Positions 21,401 to 32,154 of a stretch of 64,000 nucleotides of DNA are shown here, piece by piece. A program made the translations under genes and the position numbers. A model generated the notes under the pieces. That model was given only the letters and a program-made list of their open reading frames with translations. It was not told the DNA's origin and did no database searches. Within the stretch, counting starts at the first letter, position 1, and every line of letters starts with the position of its first letter. This DNA comes from Tubulanus polymorphus (Eukaryota; Animalia; Nemertea): positions 4,735,950 to 4,799,949 of the forward strand of contig NC_134026.1 in assembly GCF_964204645.1 (NCBI RefSeq). The letters run 5' to 3'.

Positions 21401-24400
21401 CGTTTAATTTCTTATAGACTACGATTAATCAAACAGCGATTTATGAATGATATTGACAGAACAGTATATTACGAACTTCGACGGAGGTACTAAATGAACT
21501 AATATGATAATCGTCAACGGACACGTCGTAATGTATGGGGGACCAGATACTATATAAGTATCGTATATGGCTGCAGTATGGGATGACGAATAGATATTGA
21601 GCTACATCAGCCTAATTCAGCCTATCAGGGACGACGAATCAGTATCAAGCTCCATCAGCCTACTTGATCGATGCATGACTTACCTCGAACATAAAGATTT
21701 GCCGCATAGGAATTAGCTGTTCCTACACTGTTCTCTGCCATACACTCGTATCTACCCTCATCCGATTCTTGACTGCGTTCAATTTGAAGAATGCCTGAAG
21801 AAAATATCATTTACAATTTTTATTATTAAAATTTTTCTCACCCGGGCAGAGACATTCCGACGAATCGAATGAAAGTGTTTGTTTACCCGAATCGAGCAAA
21901 GTCAATCGTGGATCAGTCGTATCTAGCGGAACCATATCTCTCAACCAAATAATCTGTGGTTTCGGGTTCCCTGTGGCTTCACATATCATCACCGTATTGT
22001 GGGCTTTCTCGACTGCTTTTAAGGTTGGGTGTTCAGTAATCCGTGGAAACCCACTCGGCAACGCTGGAATGTAGACAAACGAGATTAATATACTATGATT
22101 ATCTTCGACACTCGAATTCAGGTGAAAATATAAACGGCAATCCAAACGCGTGAAATCTAAAGCAAAGGAAAATGAGATTGCCTTACGAGAATTTTTGGGG
22201 AATACGGACAAACTTGCTGATCGCTCAACTGCTGCACCAATACCGTTACTGGCTTCACAGGTTATTGTCATGTTATCATCTCCCACATTCACAGGATCAA
22301 TCCTTAGAATAGATCCACCAGGGATGTCGATGACCGAGAATGGGCTTGACCTATGGTGAATATGAACATGTTTGGACCAATGGATCGTTGGCTTCGGATC
22401 TCCAGCAGCTTTGCACACGAACATAGCGAAATCTCCATCTTTCACCTTCTGATCTCGAGGAGCGAGTGTGATGGAAACTGAAGTATGATCACAACACAAA
22501 GGCAAAGATTATCATCCCCAGGACGACTGCGTAGATATCAAATAAATATCTCCATGACACATCATTATATATCTTAGATAGGTTCTTTTGTAATTCTAGA
22601 CCTAAGGTTACTGATTTAATATTGTTCGTTATATTTCAAGGCTTTGTGATACGTATTCTTGGTGGGATGAATACCTTTCACTCGTATTTCAGCTACAGAT
22701 TCAATTTCACCCAATGTCGAAGAAGCTACGCAAGTGTAATTCGCTGATTTCTGTACATTCGTCAGCGTCAATACATTTCTGCCAACAGGAATTTCATCTT
22801 CATTCGTCAGTTCTTCAGAGCCCTTTCGCCATTTTACGAAGGGCATTGGCGATCCGATAGCAACACATGTTAAATTTACAGACTCTCCCGCAAGAACTTC
22901 TATGCTTTCTGGTTCGATTTTGAAACTAGGTGGAATCTTGCGTACTTTAAGAAAATTATTTCTGATAAGTAGAATATGATATCACATAATGAATACAATA
23001 TTAGTCCTAATTTCCTTTTTAATGGATTAAAAAAATTCACATCAATCAAAACTAGAGGCGCCACATTAATTTGTGATTTATGAGTCTTTCATTTTATCCT
23101 AATAAGCTGTGAAATATGGGTATTTGAACGCACAAGAATAACGAATGCAAAATATATCAAAATTGACCTGAAAGAATTTTTTGTAGCGACAATGCCATTG
23201 ATTCTGAGAAAATACGTGAATACGGCAGGCTTACCTCGAACATAAAGATTTGCCGGGTAGGAAGTAGCTGTTCCTACACTGTTCTCTGCAATACACTGGT
23301 ATTCACCATCATCCGATTCCTCGATCCGTTTTATTTGTAACGACCCTGCAACGGAAGGACATCGAGGCCTTTTCAATCTTAATTGATTTTAGACGACCCA
23401 ACTTGCAATAACTTAGCACTCGTCTTAGCAGGCAAATTAAGCTTCTATCAATAAGCATTCGAAAAGAAATTGCACAGATGACTCAGACGTATACCTGAAT
23501 TAAGCAAAGTCAATCTTGGATCAGTCATATTGACAGGAATCCTATCTTTCAGCCAAGTAATCTGTGGTTTCGGGTTTCCTGTGGCTCGACATATCATCAC
23601 CGTATTGCGGTATATTTCGACTGCTTTTAAGACTGGGTTCTCAGTGATTTGTGGGAATGCTGGAATTAAGAGAACAATCAGTGACGACAGCTAACAATGA
23701 TAAAAGGCATATTGGTTTATTCGAGGCAAGCAATAGGCCTAGGTCGATTGGATTGGTCTAGGTCTAGGTTATTACGAACTTCGACGGAGGTACTAAATGA
23801 ACTAATATGATAATCGTCAACGGACACGTCGTAATGTATGGGGGACCAGATACTATATAAGTATCGTATATGGCTGCAGTATGGGATGACGAATAGATAT
23901 TGAGCTACATCAGCCTAATTCAGCCTATCAGGGACGACGAATCAGTATCAAGCTCCATCAGCCTACTTGATCGATGCATGACTTACCTCGAACATAAAGA
24001 TTTGCCGCATAGGAATTAGCTGTTCCTACACTGTTCTCTGCCATACACTCGTATCTACCCTCATCCGATTCTTGACTGCGTTCAATTTGAAGAATGCCTG
24101 AAGAAAATATCATTTACAATTTTTATTATTAAAATTTTTCTCACCCGGGCAGAGACATTCCGACGAATCGAATGAAAGTGTTTGTTTACCCGAATCGAGC
24201 AAAGTCAATCGTGGATCAGTCGTATCTAGCGGAACCATATCTCTCAACCAAATAATCTGTGGTTTCGGGTTCCCTGTGGCTTCACATATCATCACCGTAT
24301 TGTGGGCTTTCTCGACTGCTTTTAAGGTTGGGTGTTCAGTAATCCGTGGAGACCCACTCGGCAACGCTGGAATGTAGACAAACGAGATTAATATACTATG

Positions 24401-26213
24401 ATTATCTTCGACACTCGAATTCAGGTGAAAATATAAACGGCAATCCAAACGCGTGAAATCTAAAGCAAAGGAAAATGAGATTGCCTTACGAGAATTTTTG
24501 GGGAATACGGACAAACTTGCTGATCGCTCAACTGCTGCACCAATACCGTTACTGGCTTCACAGGTTATTGTCATGTTATCATCTCCCACATTCACAGGAT
24601 CAATCCTTAGAATAGATCCACCAGGGATGTCGATGACCGAGAATGGGCTTGACCTATGGTGAATATGAACATGTTTGGACCAATGGATCGTTGGCTTCGG
24701 ATCTCCAGCAGCTTTGCACACGAACATAGCGAAATCTCCATCTTTCACCTTCTGATCTCGAGGAGCGAGTGTGATGGAAACTGAAGTATGATCACAACAC
24801 AAAGGCAAAGATTATCATCCCCAGGACGACTGCGTAGATATCAAATAAATATCTCCATGACACATCATTATATATCTTAGATAGGTTCTTTTGTAATTCT
24901 AGACCTAAGGTTACTGATTTAATATTGTTCGTTATATTTCAAGGCTTTGTGATACGTATTCTTGGTGGGATGAATACCTTTCACTCGTATTTCAGCTACA
25001 GATTCAATTTCACCCAATGTCGAAGAAGCTACGCAAGTGTAATTCGCTGATTTCTGTACATTCGTCAGCGTCAATACATTTCTGCCAACAGGAATTTCAT
25101 CTTCATTCGTCAGTTCTTCAGAGCCCTTTCGCCATTTTACGAAGGGCATTGGCGATCCGATAGCAACACATGTTAAATTTACAGACTCTCCCGCAAGAAC
25201 TTCTATGCTTTCTGGTTCGATTTTGAAACTAGGTGGAATCTTGCGTACTTTAAGAAAATTATTTCTGATAAGTAGAATATGATATCACATAATGAATACA
25301 ATATTAGTCCTAATTTCCTTTTTAATGGATTAAAAAAATTCACATCAATCAAAACTAGAGGCGCCACATTAATTTGTGATTTATGAGTCTTTCATTTTAT
25401 CCTAATAAGCTGTGAAATATGGGTATTTGAACGCACAAGAATAACGAATGCAAAATATATCAAAATTGACCTGAAAGAATTTTTTGTAGCGACAATGCCA
25501 TTGATTCTGAGAAAATACGTGAATACGGCAGGCTTACCTCGAACATAAAGATTTGCCGGGTAGGAAGTAGCTGTTCCTACACTGTTCTCTGCAATACACT
25601 GGTATTCACCATCATCCGATTCCTCGATCCGTTTTATTTGTAACGACCCTGCAACGGAAGGACATCGAGGCCTTTTCAATCTTAATTGATTTTAGACGAC
25701 CCAACTTGCAATAACTTAGCACTCGTCTTAGCAGGCAAATTAAGCTTCTATCAATAAGCATTCGAAAAGAAATTGCACAGATGACTCAGACGTATACCTG
25801 AATTAAGCAAAGTCAATCTTGGATCAGTCATATTGACAGGAATCCTATCTTTCAGCCAAGTAATCTGTGGTTTCGGGTTTCCTGTGGCTCGACATATCAT
25901 CACCGTATTGCGGTATATTTCGACTGCTTTTAAGACTGGGTTCTCAGTGATTTGTGGGAATGCTGGAATTAAGAGAACAATCAGTGACGACAGCTAACAA
26001 TGATAAAAGGCATATTGGTTTATTCGAGGCAAGCAATAGGCCTAGGTCGTAAAGCTCTTCTATTTACTGGCCAAAATATTCTATAAAGGCAGGAACGGGT
26101 CTTAAATGAACTGATTTTAATGTCACTGATTTAACAGAATCAAACTCACAGTCGTCGGTATTTGTCGACGTAACCACCATCAACAAGACAGCGAGTAGAA
26201 CCGATCTGATCAT
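18454..26213 (-). CDS. secreted multi-Ig (I-set) protein made of repeated LAR/PTPRD-type Ig1-Ig2-Ig3 modules (~14 Ig domains, ~1389 aa)
   Basis: Hand-built exons, all introns GT-AG phase 1. Signal peptide 26213-26150 ([21 protein letters not shown]). Ig2a 25962-25798, Ig2b 25648-25538, Ig3 25247-24978, Ig1 24780-24490, Ig2a 24366-24190, Ig2b 24097-23987. Ig2a 23659-23495, Ig2b 23345-23235, Ig3 22944-22675, Ig1 22477-22187, Ig2a 22063-21887, Ig2b 21794-21684. Ig3 21341-21072, Ig1 20883-20593, Ig2a 20488-20312, Ig2b 20220-20110. Ig3 19960-19691, Ig1 19502-19212, Ig2a 19110-18934, Ig2b 18837-18727. Terminal 18611-18454 (AATAAA overlaps the stop). Total 4170 nt, in frame. Motifs [15 protein letters not shown]...P.LKAVEK...[36 protein letters not shown] and VRRIPPRF...[48 protein letters not shown] match the LAR-RPTP Ig1-3 head. 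Confidence 0.85.
18720..21345. repeat. older tandem duplication, period ~1380 bp (Ig3-Ig1-Ig2 unit)
   Basis: Ig1 exons 19502-19212 and 20883-20593 and their flanking introns are nearly identical. Other introns are diverged or mosaic. Confidence 0.85.
21467..26049. repeat. near-perfect tandem duplication, period 2303 bp
   Basis: 21467-23746 equals 23770-26049, with a 23-bp junction filler. One substitution noticed by eye (22048 A vs 24351 G, Phe>Ser). Confidence 0.95.
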
Positions 26214-27004
26214 TTCTCGAGCACTTTTCAACCGGCGATATCTATGTAAAATGAAACATATTCGCTAATATATCATAGGCTTAAACGTAATATCAGTTAC
26301 TTCTGGCATGATAAAACAGATTTGATACCTACCCCCTCCAATACTCATTCAGCAATGCCAACTACACAATGTACTGATCGTGTTTTGCATGATATTTATT
26401 TGTACGAAGTCATAACGAATATGGCTAATGTGTTTGTACGAAACCAATTTCACAATGGTTTTAGCAAATTACACATGATATGACTGTTGTCCTAGTTATT
26501 AGATTCATCATGAAATATCGCAAAAACGACTATTTTCTAAAAAAGAGCTCTGATTGAGTAGATATCGTTGTATGGAGAGAAGAATTGAACAATACCATGC
26601 CCCAAATATGCGAAATGAAAATGGGAGTTACAAGTAGAAGTAAACACTTGCTTTCTGGTACAGTATTTTCTATTTCTTACAAGCACACGATCGATTTGCC
26701 GTGCACGAATTCTTGGTCAAAAATAGATTTTTGGGCATTGATGATTGAGAGCCAATTAATGACCGTGACCTAACAGTGTCTAGGCGCGATGATCGTTGAT
26801 TACATGTTTGTATCGGCTAATTCGTGCTCATGCTCGCCGATGTTGTTATTACTCATTGTTACTAATTAGTTGTTTGTGCAAATGACTGCTCTTGTTTTAG
26901 TTTAAAGAATGGACGCAGTATCTGTTGATGACGCATTACGACCGTTTTTGTGCAACGATCAAACTAACTGTTGAGAAAATCCGACACCCGCTGTTAAACG
27001 AAAG

Positions 27005-27931
27005 ATGGCAACAACGTCCACGCCGAACAGTTCGAAGAAATCATTCCATTTCCCGCTGTTGAAGCGTTTCAAACGTAAGAAATCTACCGCAGTTCTGGAG
27101 CAGCAGCAGTGTAGGAACTTTGCGGGATCTTGTGAAAGTATCAGTTCGTTTGATTTGGCCATATCTTCGCCTGCGTCACTGAAAAACGCCCAAAACGTCA
27201 GGGTAATGGAAACTAATGATGTAAGTGTGGTGCTGCTCGATGAACCACACTCACCTGGAATAAATTCTCACGGTCAACAAATGATAACACCAAAGATGTT
27301 CCGGATATTTGCAGCTGGTAAACGCTCCGGGATGAATTCGAAAAGTCGACTTACCGAACTTCTGGCATCAACTGAAAAAAAGCCGAGTGTATCGAAAGTC
27401 GACTACCAAAGAAATCTTTCGATGGATGTGGACGAAAATATTCAAGCTTCCGCATCATTCGAACAAAAGTATTCTATAACGGATATAAAATGTGAAATGC
27501 AAAAGAAAAAGTTCAACAAACTGCGAACGAAGTTGTCGAATTTAAAAGCGAAAGACCGCGCGATCGTAGAAAAGTTTAACGAACTTCGGCAAAAACGTGA
27601 AACACTTCGTCAACGGAATAAAAGTGTAGATTCACCGATAAGAGCGAGACCGTATCCCAGTCCGGCTCAACTCCGACAGAATTGGCACCAACAGCAGCGA
27701 GCACGGCGTTGTCGGTCTGGAAGTGACTTGTCGTTTGTGCTGCCATCAAACTCCCCAATACGTTCGGATAAAGGCGACGTTTCGTCGAAATTGCGCAGAT
27801 CAGTCACCGAATCAGTGATATTTTCTCCGATCAAAACAGACGCTGATGTCCAGTCATCACGCAAGGCATTCCGGCCTGCTTATAGACCCATTACAGTGAT
27901 TAAGGATGGCATTAAATTGACTATATGTTGA
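27005..27931 (+). CDS. intronless 308-aa basic, Ser-rich protein with a central coiled coil (FAM167/LURAP1/FAM89-like motif, tentative)
   Basis: Long ORF, good start context (AAGATGG) and AATAAA at 28017. The helix LRTKLSNLKAKDRAIVEKFNELR has LR..L..h...D..h...h..LR spacing. Confidence 0.75.
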   Translation: MATTSTPNSSKKSFHFPLLKRFKRKKSTAVLEQQQCRNFAGSCESISSFDLAISSPASLKNAQNVRVMETNDVSVVLLDEPHSPGINSHGQQMITPKMFRIFAAGKRSGMNSKSRLTELLASTEKKPSVSKVDYQRNLSMDVDENIQASASFEQKYSITDIKCEMQKKKFNKLRTKLSNLKAKDRAIVEKFNELRQKRETLRQRNKSVDSPIRARPYPSPAQLRQNWHQQQRARRCRSGSDLSFVLPSNSPIRSDKGDVSSKLRRSVTESVIFSPIKTDADVQSSRKAFRPAYRPITVIKDGIKLTIC

Positions 27932-30900
27932 ATAATGCTATGTTTGAACAAATTTAATTTATTGAGGTACCACATAAAATGTATATAGACAATATAATAC
28001 TTGTAATATGAAATACAATAAATTTTTCTATTTATGTTTGAATTTCTATTGTTGTTCACTCTGTAGATATTACGGACTCGAACCTACATTCTCGGCCAGC
28101 TCGAAGCTGCCATCTTTCGTCAAAAATATTCAACAACGCGGAAAAATGAAGCCGTTCAAACATTATTAATCGTGAATTTAGGGTCTTGTGACGATTAGCA
28201 GCTTGATTGGCACATTCATATCTTGTGGAGAATAAGGCTGCGCATCAAGATGACAAGGAAGATGTAGCTTAGGTAAGCTTTTAAGCGTTTGTATTGTCTG
28301 TCAAATTTTGAAAAGAATGCCGAATGTGCACGCACCCGCATGGTTGCTGCTGCTGAAAGCTCAGCTCGCTTCGCAGGTGCCACGTGCGTGCCCGTAACGA
28401 TGAACTGATTTTAACTCGGAGTCAAATTCAACTAACGACTGACCCTGGAAATGGGTCCTGGTGTTCGTTGAATGATTTTTTGATATCATGGATCTATGCA
28501 GGCCCTTGGCCTTGCTGAGCTTTTCGTGGGGCTGTTCTATTTCAAGAAAAAATGTTCACCCAGTCCTGGCAGTGGTTTGCCTCCACAGAGATCTCCGTCG
28601 CTCTACGATCCTCGTGTAACCAAATAATCTGTGGTACATCAGACACTAAGGTTCTTGGCGATGAAAAATGACCTTTTTCACCGTTAAAGGGGTACTTTAT
28701 TATTGAAAAATAAAGATGAATATATGAATATATATGAAGTGCCTTAAGAAGTGCCCGGGTACCTAAATAAATCATTTGAGAATGGATGACTTGTCATTTT
28801 TTCAATAAAAAGAAACGTATCCAAATTTCGAAAAATTTTGACCAACATTTTTTACACTTAATCTTTGAAGGGCAATTTTAGGGGGTTCGTTCGCAATCCA
28901 CCGAATCTCCCACGATGGTTTAACTAGAATGGTTTAGGAAGTTGTTTTTACGCGCTAGGCATGACACTAGTTGTCGTGACCTCACTGTAAAACCAGAAAT
29001 TATTTGCATCCTATGCTCACCTCATTCGACCCGATTTTCAAGGCAATAAACGTAGGTTTACTATACGCTATAGTATCTCAGGTTTAATAGTCAATGTATT
29101 CGGTTTACCCGATAGACGCACCACGTGGAAATGCATATAAAATTGCCGATAGGGTATATGGGTGTGGTCACGAAGACATTTGCCTTAAGCGTTATTTATT
29201 GGCACCGGTTGTAGATAATTAAATTACCTTTTCTGAAAAATATTACTATATTCTGTTGATTTTAGTAGGCCTACAAAGTCATAAAATTTGAAATCAAAAT
29301 TCTGTGTGTATCTTGAGAAGAATTCGTTCCAAATTTCGTATGTGTTAGAAAAATGTGTATGAGATACAAACACATGTAGAATTATTGCCTTCCGATTCAT
29401 TTTCTATATGTAATAGCCCAAATAATGAAATGAAATCCATTTGCATTCATATTTGTATTTCAGTTAGTAATGAGCAATTATTACTAATTGGAGCTCAAGG
29501 AGGAGCGATTAAACATGTTTTCTACAGTACACGTCTCTGAACCTGTTCCCTCTCCTCGCTTTCCAGCCATGATTACATGATTTCCAATACGAAATGTTAT
29601 AAACGCGTCATGATTTACATGACGACTCTAAGCACTGGACCGGTTATGATTTAAAAGTTTAGTTCATGGATGGTTGGCGGCACGATCACAAAAGGATGGT
29701 TGCTTGGCAACAGCATCTTCGGGTAAATGAAGCTCTGTGTAATACACAAATATCGCATTCAAGCATTCAAGCATTGATATGGTTCAATTCTATTAATACA
29801 TTGAAGCCTTTGTTTAGGCTCAATGGCAGGACTACACCTATCATTTGAAGGGGGGGGGCAGAGAAACCCTAAAAAGGCAGTCAGCCCACCTTAAGTCGGA
29901 CATCAATAGGCCTATAACCATTCTTATCATCGGCCTTTACAAAAACTCAACTTTACAATAAACAACTACGGGCAACTGATCCCTAATGATTATAGTTGAA
30001 TCGTATCAAATGAAATGAATAATCTTAAGAAGTTATGATCAAACATTCACTGAAATCTTTATCAAAGAGGTCGAATCTTACAGATTAAGAATCATATGGC
30101 TCGCTCGAGATGCCTGGGTATTACACATTAACGACAGTTCTATGATGACTACATCGCTCACTCATCAAATTATAATGTATAAATTCAATCTATATCTCGC
30201 GGATTGAGTGTAATGTCATTTTACTGCTCGGCTTTCTTGACGAGTTGTAAATTTACTTGTAAGCGACGACGATGAAGCAAAATCATGGACTATAAACTTC
30301 GTATTATAGACCACGATTTAACCGGTACCTCGCACCACCTATGAACATAATTATCAGCCTAGCATCTTACCGTCCTCGCCTCGTGAGGACTGTACGACAA
30401 GAGCATTGAGATTTACACTCGATAAAGTATCACCAATACTTACGTCTTCCACTCAAGCAAAATTTCCAATTTACTGGAGGCTAGAAACCTTTTTTAACCT
30501 GGATGAGAGGCGTGTTTAAAGTATACACAAAATACATGTTTCAGTCAATGACTTTTTTAAATACATGTAATCGCCGTCAATATTCCAGTGTTTACATCAT
30601 CTTGTAGAACATCGTTTCAGACGTCGAATACAGAAAAACAATGCTTTTGATTTCGTCTTCATTATTAATTCACGATGAAAATTCCGTTTCAAATATTTCC
30701 ACTCGAGGTTCAGTTGAAACGGTCCTTTGATTTGCCGAAAGCGAAGTCAAGTGATAAAACGCTTTTCAGCGTCGATGTGTGTCGACGTTGCTTCTATATC
30801 TGATAAACGAATGCCGTTCAACCCGGTTGAAAATAAGTTTCCATTAAAAGATGTCGGTGAATTTTCTCGCAGTTCAATCACTCCCCGTTTCCTTCTTTGG

Positions 30901-31966
30901 AACGAATGTTCATTTTTGCCTCTTAAAATATTTACAACTCCACGCGGTTGGAGAATAATTCATTTCATCAATTTTCTACGAAAATACACGAAGTGAATGA
31001 ACCTTTAAGAAGGTATTTTATTAGTGCGTTAACCTTTCTGTGACATTCACTGGAAATAGAAAACTAAATCCATTTTTCATTTACACTCATTAAATTTCTT
31101 CAACAATCCTTTTTCATTTCTTTTTAATAACCTTTGTTAATACCCTCAACCCATTGAAAGCCACACAGGGCTTTATCAGCGGGTTCCCAATTGGGAAGAA
31201 ACCAGAACCTTCGACCAGGAAACTCTGTCGCCATCAGGATTCGAAACCGTGGACCCATGCTTCAACAATTCCAAAGGTATACAATGATTATATTTTTCTT
31301 ACACAACAATTAGTCTCAAAGGCAATGTCCGTTTTGGAATTTTCCACAACTGATGCTATTAGTCGGGTATATTCTACGGATTTGAAGATTACAGAGATTT
31401 CGACTTAAAAAATTACCGGGTATTAATCACTGAGATCAGCGGTGACAGCGTAATGCTAGCTAGTATTGTGACATTTAATTTATCATCGCACACACACGGA
31501 AAATCACAGATGAAATGTCGCAAGCCGTGTAAAGTAGATACGGCTACAATCTTCTCGATGATTGAGCAAAAAAGGCTGACGGCAGCTTTATTCTACTCGT
31601 AAGCACGAAAATGATCTCGTCACAAAACGTCCAAAAAAAAAATCGTATACGGATTTTTCCTCAGCAATAATCGCGATGGGTTTTTTTGTAAGGTGAGTAA
31701 CCGTGTGATGAGGCAATGTCTAGAATGGTTTTTTTCACGGGTGACTGTATTCAACACCTTTAACATATTTTGATAATATGAACCTATCCCGTTCACATCC
31801 AGCGGGTTTTACTTAACTATCGTGAACAAATTGTGCATCAATTTTCGAATTCATTTTTCTATTGACGATCTACGTATTGTAACGAGAACATTCAGTAATT
31901 AGTGCAAAAAAGTTTGAACATTAAAGATCCCACTCAGGAGTTAGGCTAATTAGGGAGGACCCCCTG

Positions 31967-32154
31967 GGCTAATAAAGAATGATACCTTGTTTCTCCGCAT
32001 TGAAATTTGTAATCAGTTCATTTCTATAGCTGCCGGGTCTGTTATGGTTAGCCTTATAATGATTTAAAGAAGGTTATGTACAAGGTAGACTGGCGGCCGG
32101 CCGGGTCAACTTTTAAGCTCAGCAGATATGAGAAACGAGGTATCATTTTTAGCC
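31967..32154. mobile_element. second, inverted copy of the 4646-4819 MITE family
   Basis: Same TIRs (TGATACCTTGTTTCTCCGC) and reverse-complemented internal sequence (GGCCGGCCGGGTCAAC..TTAAGCTCAGCAGA). Confidence 0.8.

Noticed and set aside
18454-26213. Calling the Ig gene the LAR/PTPRF ortholog itself
   Set aside because: No FN3, TM or PTP exons, and the domain order is permuted and repeated, so no gene symbol was assigned.
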